From Dehalococcoidia bacterium (lineage in GTDB: Bacteria > Chloroflexota > Dehalococcoidia > UBA6926), in NCBI GenBank assembly GCA_963666115.2, contig CAXXET010000004.1, forward strand, positions 352,001-416,000: a DNA stretch of 64,000 nt, given 5' to 3'. This document shows positions 29,747 through 38,178 of the stretch, piece by piece. The translations under genes and the position numbers were made by a program. The notes beneath the pieces were generated by a model, which was not told the origin of the DNA, ran no database searches, and saw only the letters and a program-made list of their open reading frames with translations. Position 1 is the stretch's first letter. Every line of letters starts with the position of its first letter.

Positions 29747-30538
29747 ATGATTCCCCTCTCGGACAACGTTGGCGACCGCCAGGGGACGCCGTGGCTGACC
29801 GTCACGCTGATTGCGCTGAATGCCCTCGCGTTCCTGTACACGATCATCCTCGACCCCCAGGAGCGATGGATATTCCATTTCCGGTTTGGCGTCGTGCCGC
29901 TGGAGTTCACCGACGGGGATTGGTTTGACACCCTCGTCACGCTTCCGGTGAACGCGGAGGTTGCGCCCCTCGTCCCATCATGGATGACGCTGTTCACGTC
30001 CATGTTCCTGCACGGCGGCTGGGCGCACATCCTGGGCAACATGGTGTTCCTGTGGGTGTTCGGCGACAACCTTGAGCGCCACTTCGGACGGATAGGATTC
30101 CTCGCGTTCTACCTGGCGGTAGGCGTTCTCGCCTCCGGGATGCACATCCTGTTCAACTGGGACAGCAGGATACCGGCCATCGGCGCGAGCGGGGCGATCG
30201 CGGGCGTCCTGGGCGCATACCTGCTGCTCTTCCCGCGCCGGCGCGTTCGGACACTGTTCATGGCGGGGTTCATCACGGTGATGGAGATTCCGGCGGTGTG
30301 GCTGCTGGTCATGTGGATTGTGATCCAGTTGTTCAGCGGAGTGGGCGGGCTGGTTGTGGCGGGGGCCGGGGGCGGCGTGGCGTACTGGGCACACGTGGGC
30401 GGATTCATTGCCGGGGCGGGAATCATCGCGGGATGGCGCGTGCTCAAGCGGGAACCAATCTGGCAGCCAAACAGGTTCGAGCCGACGCGCTCAACGCTGT
30501 ACCAGTACGATGATGACGATGGGGGCGCATGGAGATGA
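29747..30538 (+). CDS. Rhomboid family intramembrane serine protease
   Basis: SMFLHGGWAHILGNM, GASGAIAG and AYWAHVGGF. Confidence 0.94.
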   Translation: MIPLSDNVGDRQGTPWLTVTLIALNALAFLYTIILDPQERWIFHFRFGVVPLEFTDGDWFDTLVTLPVNAEVAPLVPSWMTLFTSMFLHGGWAHILGNMVFLWVFGDNLERHFGRIGFLAFYLAVGVLASGMHILFNWDSRIPAIGASGAIAGVLGAYLLLFPRRRVRTLFMAGFITVMEIPAVWLLVMWIVIQLFSGVGGLVVAGAGGGVAYWAHVGGFIAGAGIIAGWRVLKREPIWQPNRFEPTRSTLYQYDDDDGGAWR

Positions 30539-30909
30539 ACGAGCACGAGCCGCAGGACACCATCGGACTGGCGCGAATGGTGTTCTATGGGCATCACGGC
30601 GCCACGGAGGAGGAGCAGGCCGTCGGCCAGCGATTTGTCGTCGACCTTGAGATGGCCTTGGACCTTTCTGCGGCAGGACATTCCGACGACCTGGCGGACA
30701 CGGCGGACTACGGGCGGGCGTTCGAGATTGTACAGGGGGTGGTGGAGGGGCCGCCGCACGCGCTGCTTGAGAGTCTTGCGGAGGAGTCAGCCCAGCGGCT
30801 GCTGGACGAACTGCCGGTTGAACGCGTACGCATCCGCGTCAGCAAGCCGTCCGCGCCGATCAGGGGGACGCTCGATGCGGCGTGGGTTTCTATCACGCGG
30901 CGGCGGTGA
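30535..30909 (+). CDS. folB: Dihydroneopterin aldolase
   Basis: FYGHHG...EEQ..GQRF.VD, SDDL.DT.DY, LLESLAE and KPSAPI. Confidence 0.94.
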   Translation: MNEHEPQDTIGLARMVFYGHHGATEEEQAVGQRFVVDLEMALDLSAAGHSDDLADTADYGRAFEIVQGVVEGPPHALLESLAEESAQRLLDELPVERVRIRVSKPSAPIRGTLDAAWVSITRRR

Positions 30910-30928
30910 CGATTGGCGTGTTGGGGCT

Positions 30929-31537
30929 TTAGAAGTTGTAGCGTTCCGAGCGCCAGGGGTCTGCGTTGTCGTTGTAGCCGTGGAGTTCCCAGAAGCCGCG
31001 CCTGTTTTCCGGCATGAGTTCCAGGGCCTTGATCCATTTGGCGCTCTTGTAGCCGTAGCGGTCAGGGACGATGAGGCGGGCGGGGCCGCCGTGTTCGGGT
31101 TGCAACGGCGCGCCATCGTGGCGATGGGCAATGAGGACATCGGGATTCAGGAGCGCCGAGAGGGGTATATTCGTCGTGTAGCCGCCGTAGCAGTGGGCCA
31201 TGACGTGGGTTGCGGTTGGACGGATGCGGGCTTCGTCAAAGAGGTCACGGACAAAGACGCCCTCCCATTGGTTGTCCAGACGGGACCAGCCTGTGACGCA
31301 GTGGAAGTCTGCGGTGACGGCATCGTTGGCGCGGGCCTGGAATTGCTGCCACGTGAGGCGGACCGGATTATCGACGTGGCCGATGACCTCGAATGTCCAC
31401 GTCGTGAGGTCTATCGGGGGGATGTTGCCGTAGGAGAGGACGGGGAATTTTTTGGTGACGGTCTGGCCGGGGGGGACGCGGTCTGCGTCCACTTCCGTTG
31501 AGCCGCCGAATACCCGCGCCCTATCGATGATGCTCAT
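30929..31537 (-). CDS. Sulfite oxidase-like molybdopterin oxidoreductase
   Basis: RVPPGQ, DFHCVTGWS, GYTTN, EHGGPARL, YGYKSAKW and GFWE..GY. Confidence 0.92.
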   Translation of the reverse strand: MSIIDRARVFGGSTEVDADRVPPGQTVTKKFPVLSYGNIPPIDLTTWTFEVIGHVDNPVRLTWQQFQARANDAVTADFHCVTGWSRLDNQWEGVFVRDLFDEARIRPTATHVMAHCYGGYTTNIPLSALLNPDVLIAHRHDGAPLQPEHGGPARLIVPDRYGYKSAKWIKALELMPENRRGFWELHGYNDNADPWRSERYNF

Positions 31538-31565
31538 GTGTATATCCTACATGGAGGAGGGGGAC

Positions 31566-32396
31566 ATGATGACGAATGAGGACTATGCGCATCCGGAGTA
31601 CCTGGTGGAGGCGGATTGGCTGGCTGAGCATCTGAACGATGACAACGTTGTTGTCGTGGACTGTGACGTGGACGCGGGGTATAACCGAGGGCATATCCCT
31701 GGGGCTGTTTTGATCCCGGACAACTTCGTGAAGGACCCTGAGACGAATCGCACCTTGATGATGACGCCCGCGCAGTTTGCGGCCATGTGCGAGGGGCTGG
31801 GGATTGGGAATGACACGTCGGTGATCTGCTACGACAACGGGCGGAGCGTGACGGCGGCGCGGCTGTGGTGGGTTCTGAACACGTACGGGCACCGTGACGT
31901 GAAGGTGCTGAACGGCGGGTGGCGCGGCTGGGTTGCTGGCGGCCACACGATCAGTTTCCAGCGTCCGACTCCTACAGAGGGCGTGACGTTCACCCCTGCC
32001 TTCGACGACTCATTGCTCGTCACGGTGGACGACCTGAAGGAGGCATGCACGCTGGAGGAGTCCGTCGTTTGGGACGTGCGGAGCGACGGCGAATGGGACG
32101 GGTCCAACAACCGCGCCAACGCGCGAGCCGGGCATGTCCCCGGCGCCGTTCACCTTGAATGGCTCAACCTGATGGATCGTGAGACACATCGATTCAAGCC
32201 GGCGTCCGAGATACGGCGACTGCTCTCGGAGCATGGCATTAATCCGGATAAGAACGTCTACACGTATTGACAGGGGGGCATCCGTGCGGCGCACGGAGTC
32301 TTTGTGATGCGGCTTGTGGGTTACGAGAAGACGCGGAACTATGACGGTTCCATGCGGGAGTGGGCGAACCGGGAGGATACGCCGCTGGAGGTCTAG
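31566..32396 (+). CDS. Two-domain sulfurtransferase (rhodanese/MST) with in-frame TGA at the catalytic residue; probable selenoprotein
   Basis: GHIPGA, AARLWW, VLNGG and GHVPGA; after TGA (32268-32270) the frame continues QGGIRAAHGVFVMRLVGYEKTRNYDGSMREWANREDTPLEV*, including the rhodanese C-terminal YDGS..EW motif. Confidence 0.88.
32281..32297 (+). promoter_or_regulatory. Putative bacterial SECIS hairpin
   Basis: TCCGTGC-GGC-GCACGGA stem with G-containing apical loop, 10 nt after the TGA. Confidence 0.6.
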
Positions 32397-32845
32397 TTGC
32401 CGGTGGAGCCGTGGCCTCCGGAGCCGCGTTCTGTTTCTCCGAGGGTTTCTGTGATTTCGAGTGAGACGCCGGCGCGGACTCCGACGACCAGTTGGGCGAT
32501 TCTGTCGCCGCTGCGGACGACGTGGGACGGGCGGTTTCCGACGGTGTACATGGTGACGAAGATTTCTCCTCGGTAGTCGCTGTCGATGGTTCCTACTGTG
32601 CTAATCACTCCCCTGCTGCCGAGGCCGGAGCGGGGGCGAACCTGGACGTCAAGGGTTGGGGGGAACTCAATAGCGATGCCTGTTGGGATCATGACGGGGT
32701 CTGCGCCGACGGTGACCTCGGTTTCTCCGTCAGGGAGGCAGGCATAGACGTCAAAGCCCGTCGAGGCCGGAGTGGCGCGGAACGGGAGCCTTGCTCCTTC
32801 GCGGAGCAAGGCGACGCGAATCACTCCATCAGTATGCGGCTGCAC
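32393..32845 (-). CDS. dut: dUTP diphosphatase
   Basis: GFD, PTGI, RPRSGL, GTIDSDYRGE, GDRIAQL and RGSGGHGSTG. Confidence 0.95.
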   Translation of the reverse strand: MQPHTDGVIRVALLREGARLPFRATPASTGFDVYACLPDGETEVTVGADPVMIPTGIAIEFPPTLDVQVRPRSGLGSRGVISTVGTIDSDYRGEIFVTMYTVGNRPSHVVRSGDRIAQLVVGVRAGVSLEITETLGETERGSGGHGSTGN

Positions 32846-32860
32846 CTACGGTGTCGAAGT

Positions 32861-33637
32861 CTAGCGGGTTCGGCGACCCACGACGCCGCGCGCCAGCATG
32901 ACGCCTGTGACGGCCATGGCGAATCCAAGCATGGCGATGACCAGCAGGGTCATGGAGTTGAGGGACACGTCTCCACCCTGGATGGGCGGCGGGGCTTCTT
33001 CCATGAACAGCGCGAACTGTCCAGCGCGAGCGACCTTGGCAGTGACGATCATATCGAAGGGGTTTGTCGAGGTTTCCACCGTCAGCCACTTGTTCCTGCC
33101 GGGGTCCCAGGCGCGAATAACGAACGCGTCCGGGTCATTATCCGCCTCTTCCCATTCGGAATCCGTCAGGTCGAGATTGAGCATCATGGGCGGATTGAAG
33201 CGGGCATCTTCGCTCCTGTCCTGGCCGGCGATAGTGATCGACACGGTGACGGCGCGGCCAAGATATTCCGCCGTGCTGCCACTCGGCTTGCTCGGGTTGG
33301 GCGCGATCAGCGCAGGCATCGTCTGGCTTTCCTCAAGGCGAAGGGAGTCAACGGTAATGGCGCCGGACGACATGCTGCTGCCATTGAGATGCAGCGTCCT
33401 GGACTGAACCATGAGTGAGCCCGTCACGTCGAATCCAGGGAAGAATGACCCGGGGATGTCCAGGGTGGCGCCCTTGTCGTACTCGAAATTGGTAGAAACG
33501 CTCTGATCCCCTTCTCCGCCTCCCGGCGTTTCCTGGGCCACAGCGACGGCGCCGGAGGCAAACAGCAGTCCACCGACAATTCCCAACACGCCGAGCAAGG
33601 TCAGGCGTCTCGTTAAGCCTGCATGCGTCCAAGGCAT
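32861..33637 (-). CDS. Hypothetical exported protein with C-terminal membrane anchor
   Basis: Signal peptide (AVA-QE), C-terminal PP..GG plus TM plus RRTR tail; AGAGGAG RBS. Confidence 0.75.
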   Translation of the reverse strand: MPWTHAGLTRRLTLLGVLGIVGGLLFASGAVAVAQETPGGGEGDQSVSTNFEYDKGATLDIPGSFFPGFDVTGSLMVQSRTLHLNGSSMSSGAITVDSLRLEESQTMPALIAPNPSKPSGSTAEYLGRAVTVSITIAGQDRSEDARFNPPMMLNLDLTDSEWEEADNDPDAFVIRAWDPGRNKWLTVETSTNPFDMIVTAKVARAGQFALFMEEAPPPIQGGDVSLNSMTLLVIAMLGFAMAVTGVMLARGVVGRRTR

Positions 33638-33720
33638 GACACACCACTCCTCTTTGGGCCTAAGCCCACTGTCTCAACCGCTCCCGTATCCCGCGCTTTG
33701 GCCCCCCTGGGGCCATATGA

Positions 33721-33791
33721 GTTCAGAACGAATCTAGAAATTTGTTTTGAACCGATTTTGGATTATAAGCCTGATTGGGCGCGGCGGTCAA
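33721..33791 (-). promoter_or_regulatory. Promoter (TTGACC-18-TATAAT) with downstream operator-like palindrome
   Basis: -10 at 33762-33767, -35 at 33786-33791; imperfect inverted repeat GTTCAGAACGAAT...ATTTGTTTTGAAC at 33721-33752. Confidence 0.6.
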
Positions 33792-33803
33792 TCGCTCAGG
33801 CGT

Positions 33804-34544
33804 TCAGGTTGAGGGCAACGCGCGGCCGGCCTGGGAGTGCATCACACGGACGCGGCGGGGAAGATCAAATCGAGCGCCCGGGTCGGCCCGCCATCCGTGA
33901 ACGCGGCCTTGCGCGGCGAGAGCGGGGAGGACATCCGTCACCCAATCCGCGTTCATTCCTGCCTTTTGCAAGGGTTCCACCGCCTCCGGCTCGATGATAT
34001 AGGCGCCGACTCCTACAAGGATTTCCGGTTCGTCCGGGAACGGCGGACCGATCAGGATTTCCCGCACGAGACGGGAGGATGGATCAATCCGCGCACGGGG
34101 CAATCCGGCTTTTTCGCTAATTTCGCCAGCCAGGCACATGGTGACATCCACGTTCGCGGAGCGGTGGGCGTCAAACATGGCGGCGAGATCAAAGTCCGTG
34201 ACGAGAGCGCCGTCAATCACGAGGGTTGATTCAGCTATGTGACTGCGGACAGCCATGAGCGCGCCGCCTGAGCCGGGCGCGCCGTCCTGGCGGACGTGGG
34301 TGGCGCCTAGCCCCCAGCGGCTGCCGTCGCCGAAGTAGTGGACGACCATGCCGGGCAGCGCGCGGGAGACGAGCCATGCCTCGGTTATGCCTTGCGTGGC
34401 GAGATGGCGGAGGAGGGTGTCCGCAGCGGGCGCACCGTTCACGTCCCTGAACGCCGGGTGGGGGCCTGAGGCCGGGAGGACGGCGCGGGGGTCAAGGCCG
34501 TCGATTAGGAGGATGGCGCGGGTTAAGTTGGTTAGGCGAGTCAT
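33804..34544 (-). CDS. Sugar-phosphate nucleotidyltransferase-like protein (degenerate catalytic motifs)
   Basis: YFGDGSRWG, GSGGAL, TDFDL.AM...H, G.YIIEPE and DW..DVLP fit the family, but the GGxGTR and K motifs are missing. Confidence 0.7.
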   Translation of the reverse strand: MTRLTNLTRAILLIDGLDPRAVLPASGPHPAFRDVNGAPAADTLLRHLATQGITEAWLVSRALPGMVVHYFGDGSRWGLGATHVRQDGAPGSGGALMAVRSHIAESTLVIDGALVTDFDLAAMFDAHRSANVDVTMCLAGEISEKAGLPRARIDPSSRLVREILIGPPFPDEPEILVGVGAYIIEPEAVEPLQKAGMNADWVTDVLPALAAQGRVHGWRADPGARFDLPRRVRVMHSQAGRALPST

Positions 34545-34567
34545 GGTGGTGTGCGGATCGGGTTGGG

Positions 34568-34609
34568 GGATTCTTCGCTGCGCTCAGAATGACATATGGG
34601 TGGAATGAC
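34568..34609 (+). repeat. REP family B copy plus partial tail
   Basis: GGATTCTTCGCTGCGCTCAGAATGAC (34568-34593) and GGAATGAC (34602-34609). Confidence 0.9.
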
Positions 34610-34638
34610 GGAGGGGCGCCCTTGCGGGGCGCCCCTCC
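34610..34638. terminator. GC-rich hairpin, probable terminator
   Basis: GGAGGGGCGCCC-ttgcg-GGGCGCCCCTCC 12-bp stem just downstream of the 34660-35673 gene; U-tract weak. Confidence 0.55.
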
Positions 34639-34659
34639 TTTGCGGTCTTGAGTTAGGGG

Positions 34660-35673
34660 CTAGTTGGGGACAAGGACGACCTTGCCCGCGACGGCCTCAG
34701 TCTCAAGGAGGGTCTGGCCTTCGCCCGCGTCCTTCATGGGCAGGACGCGGTCGATGACCGGCTTGATGTGGCCCGCCTGCACCTGGTCAAGGGCGTCCTG
34801 CAACTGGTGGACCGTGCCCAGGGTGGAGCCAACCAGCTTGACCTGCCGGAAGAAGATGTGGCGGAGGTCAATGTTGCCATCGTAGCCGCTGGTTGCGCCG
34901 CTGGTGACAACGGTGCCGCCCCAACTGGCGAGCTGGACGCTAAGGCCCATGGTCGCCTGGCCGGGGTGCTCAAACACGATCTCTGCGCCGCGCCGCCCCA
35001 CGATGTTGCGCATCTCCTGGCGAACGTCCTGCGTCTTGCGGTTGATCAGGTACTCCGCGCCGAGTTCCTTGCAGAGCTCGAGCTTTTCATCGCTGGAGGC
35101 AACGGCAATCGGATGCGCCCGGAACAGCGTGGCAATCTGGATGGCCATGACGCCAAGGCCGCCAGCCGCGCCCCAGATGAGGACGTGGTCGCCGGGCTTG
35201 ATGTTGGCCTTTTCGACCAGCTTGCGCCACGTGGTGACGAGGACGAGCGGGAACGAGGCGGCCTCCTCATGCGTGAGGTTGGTGGGCTTGGGAACGGCGT
35301 TCTCCGCCGGAACCCGCACATACTGGCCGTGCGCGCCGTCAAGCGCGGGCCAGTCATAGCCCCAGATGTTGCATTCCTGTCCGGTGCGATTGTTGAACGC
35401 CGGGCGTCCGCAGTGGACGACAACCTCATCTCCGACGGAATGAGTCGTCACCTCGGCGCCCTTGTCCACGACGACACCGGATGCGTCGCTGCCAGAGATG
35501 TGAGGCAGGGCCACTTCCATTGGCGCTCCGCGTCGCCCCCAAACATCGTTGTAGTTGATGGCCGTTGCCTTGACTTCAATCACAACGTCATTCGGCCCGG
35601 GCTTGGGGTCGTCAATGTCCTTCCACTGGAGAACTTCCGGGCCGCCATACTCATCGAAGACGAGTGCCTTCAT
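34660..35673 (-). CDS. Medium-chain dehydrogenase/reductase (quinone oxidoreductase/enoyl reductase-like)
   Basis: GGPEVL, PHISGSDASG.V, VLIWGAAGGLG and GKVVL. Confidence 0.9.
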   Translation of the reverse strand: MKALVFDEYGGPEVLQWKDIDDPKPGPNDVVIEVKATAINYNDVWGRRGAPMEVALPHISGSDASGVVVDKGAEVTTHSVGDEVVVHCGRPAFNNRTGQECNIWGYDWPALDGAHGQYVRVPAENAVPKPTNLTHEEAASFPLVLVTTWRKLVEKANIKPGDHVLIWGAAGGLGVMAIQIATLFRAHPIAVASSDEKLELCKELGAEYLINRKTQDVRQEMRNIVGRRGAEIVFEHPGQATMGLSVQLASWGGTVVTSGATSGYDGNIDLRHIFFRQVKLVGSTLGTVHQLQDALDQVQAGHIKPVIDRVLPMKDAGEGQTLLETEAVAGKVVLVPN

Positions 35674-35752
35674 GCCAATTTCCCTCCCTTAACTCCACCT
35701 CTACCCACCTTTCGCACTCTAGCACAGGGGGGCGTCTGCGGTCATGTTTGCT

Positions 35753-36643
35753 TTACGGCGCGCGGCTGGGGCGGGCCATCTGCTCGGCGGCGATGGCCTG
35801 ATCCTCGTCCGTGAACGCGTCGTTCATGTACTGGAATCCGGCGCGCATCCCCTGCTCCGCCGTCACGCGGTCAACGTCCTGCAGGCCCTTCGGCAGGTCC
35901 TCCGGCGACGCGGCGTAGGACACGTACATCAGGTTCTCGGCGTACTCATAGGCCTGGAACATGCCCTGCGACTCGTAGTAGTAGTTGATGGCGCGCTTGT
36001 TGAGTTCCGTGGAGGCAGGCGGCAGCTTGGAGATGGTGTTGGCGAGCGTCCAGACGTGGTCGTCCAGATCATCCCGCGCCACAACCTCGCTCACCAGGCC
36101 GACCCGCAGGGCCTCCTGCGCGTCCATCATGTTGCCGGTGAAGGCGAGCTGCTTCATCTTCTTCATGCCGACCAGTTCCGGCCAGATCATGTAGGTGGCC
36201 ACGCTGGCGTAGCGCGCGGGCGGGTAGCCGAAGAGCGCGTCATCAGAGGCGATGGTGATGTCGCAGTGGCAAGCCAGTTGGCCGCCGCCAGCGAGGCTGA
36301 ACGAATGGCACTGGGCGATGACCGGCTTGCGGTTGTTCCATATCCAGCGGCGATACATGGTCGTGGGGTGGTCGCTGGTAATCATGGTCAGGGCGTCGCG
36401 CGGGAGATTGCCCTCGGACTGCACATTCATGTCGTAACCCGCAGAGAATGCCCTGCCCGCGCCCTTGATGACGATGCAGCGGACTGTTTCGTCCTTGTCT
36501 GCCTCCTCCAACGCGCCGCCAAGGTCGGCCAGGAGCCCGCGGCTGAGCGCGTTCAGCCTTTCAGGCCGGTTCAGCGTGATGTAGGCGACGTTGCCGCCGG
36601 CTGCCTCACGCAGTTCATAGATGATGTTCTCGTAGTCCGCCAT
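35753..36643 (-). CDS. Enoyl-CoA hydratase/isomerase family protein
   Basis: ITLNRPERLNAL, GAGRAFSAGYD, KPVIA, LAGG and EALRVGLV. Confidence 0.92.
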   Translation of the reverse strand: MADYENIIYELREAAGGNVAYITLNRPERLNALSRGLLADLGGALEEADKDETVRCIVIKGAGRAFSAGYDMNVQSEGNLPRDALTMITSDHPTTMYRRWIWNNRKPVIAQCHSFSLAGGGQLACHCDITIASDDALFGYPPARYASVATYMIWPELVGMKKMKQLAFTGNMMDAQEALRVGLVSEVVARDDLDDHVWTLANTISKLPPASTELNKRAINYYYESQGMFQAYEYAENLMYVSYAASPEDLPKGLQDVDRVTAEQGMRAGFQYMNDAFTDEDQAIAAEQMARPSRAP

Positions 36644-36711
36644 TGTCCTCCTCCTTACCGTGTTCTCCAGGTTCCCCCTGTCTTTCCCTGTCCCACAAGA
36701 TTACAAGTTGT

Positions 36712-37272
36712 CTACGCGGTGACAACAGCCCCCGCAGGGAATCTTTGATGCCAGTCGGCAATTATCCTGACGTCGCGCTCAAAGGCCATGTCCGGCAGCG
36801 CATCGGCGGGGAAGTAGTCGACAGCCAGGCTTTCCGGGCCCGGCTGGGGCGCTCCCTCGACGATATGGCCCCGATAGACGACGAGGATCACGCGGTTGCC
36901 CGTTTCGGAGTGGATTCCCAGCAGACCGTCCAATTCGACGGTAACGCCAACCTCTTCCTGCGTTTCGCGGATTGCGGCGTCCTCCACCTTTTCACCGGCG
37001 TCGACGAATCCCGCCGGGTATGACCACAGGTCTTTGCGCGGGTGGTGGGCGCGCTGCATGAGCAGAACGCGGCCCTGGTCATCGCCGATCAGAACGCCAA
37101 CGGCCACCTTGGGGTCCGTGTAGTGGACGTAGCCGCAGGAATCGCACGCAAGACGCATGGCGCCGTCAATCTCACGCTCCTCGAGTTTGTCGCCGCAGTT
37201 CAGGCAGAATTTCGCCTTACCCTCCCCATGCATGATGGGCGGGTGGGCGGCCTGATTGTTGTCAGAGGTCAT
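36712..37272 (-). CDS. NUDIX hydrolase with N-terminal zinc ribbon
   Basis: FCLNCG...CDSCG; NUDIX box GFVDAGEKVEDAAIRETQEEVG. Confidence 0.92.
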   Translation of the reverse strand: MTSDNNQAAHPPIMHGEGKAKFCLNCGDKLEEREIDGAMRLACDSCGYVHYTDPKVAVGVLIGDDQGRVLLMQRAHHPRKDLWSYPAGFVDAGEKVEDAAIRETQEEVGVTVELDGLLGIHSETGNRVILVVYRGHIVEGAPQPGPESLAVDYFPADALPDMAFERDVRIIADWHQRFPAGAVVTA

Positions 37273-37277
37273 TTGGC

Positions 37278-38093
37278 CTAGCGGAAGGGGCCGTCACGCG
37301 CATCGAGGAACGCCCTCATGCCCTGTTCAGTTCGCACTTTACCGAGGTATTCGCGCTCCGGCACGTCCGGCGTGAGGCTCTCGATCATGCGGAGCATGAG
37401 ATGGTCATCCAGGCCCTTGCCGAAGCCCTGCGCGTCGTACACGGCAGTGATGGAGCGCTTCATCATCTGGAGGGCGAACGGCGGGACTTGCGCGATGCGG
37501 CGGGCCATGGCCATGGCTTCGTTCAGCGCCTCGCCGGCGGGAACGACCTTGTTGACGAGGTCCCACTTCTCAGCGGTTTCGACGTCGATGAAGTCTCCGG
37601 TGTAGTAGAACTCGCGCAAGTGGCGGTTGCTGGTGATGAACGGGAGCAGGACGTGGGGGGAGTGGGCGACGTGCCGGATCTCCGGCTCGCCAAACTGGGC
37701 GCGCTCTGAGGCGACGATGAGATCGCAACTCATGGCGAGCACGTTGCCCGCAGCAGCGGCAGGGCCGTCGACGGCGGCAATCCACGGCACGCGCGAGTAC
37801 CAGGGGCGCGACACGAGCCTGGCCTGCCAATGCGTGTGCTCCCACCGCTCCGTGGCGCTGTAGGTAGGCCGCTCCTGGTTGGGAGTCAGGTCATAGCCAG
37901 CGCAGAATGCGGGGCCTGCGCCGGTGATGACGGCGATGCGGACATTGTCGTCGTTCTCAACTGCGTCAAACACTTCCTCAAGCTCATGCAGCAACTGCGG
38001 GTTGAGCGCGTTGCGCCGCTCCGGCCGGTTCAGCGTGACCTGCGCGACTCCGTCGTCGCCAACCTCATAGATAACGGTCTCAAAATCAGCCAT
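37278..38093 (-). CDS. Enoyl-CoA hydratase/isomerase family protein
   Basis: TLNRPERRNAL, GAGPAFCAGYDL and FGEPEI. Confidence 0.92.
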   Translation of the reverse strand: MADFETVIYEVGDDGVAQVTLNRPERRNALNPQLLHELEEVFDAVENDDNVRIAVITGAGPAFCAGYDLTPNQERPTYSATERWEHTHWQARLVSRPWYSRVPWIAAVDGPAAAAGNVLAMSCDLIVASERAQFGEPEIRHVAHSPHVLLPFITSNRHLREFYYTGDFIDVETAEKWDLVNKVVPAGEALNEAMAMARRIAQVPPFALQMMKRSITAVYDAQGFGKGLDDHLMLRMIESLTPDVPEREYLGKVRTEQGMRAFLDARDGPFR

Positions 38094-38178
38094 GTGGATT
38101 ATCCCTCCCCCAAGTTTGTCCGGCGGCCACCGAAGCCGCCTACTGAGTATACGTCACGGAAGGGCGGGGCGAGCAGGC

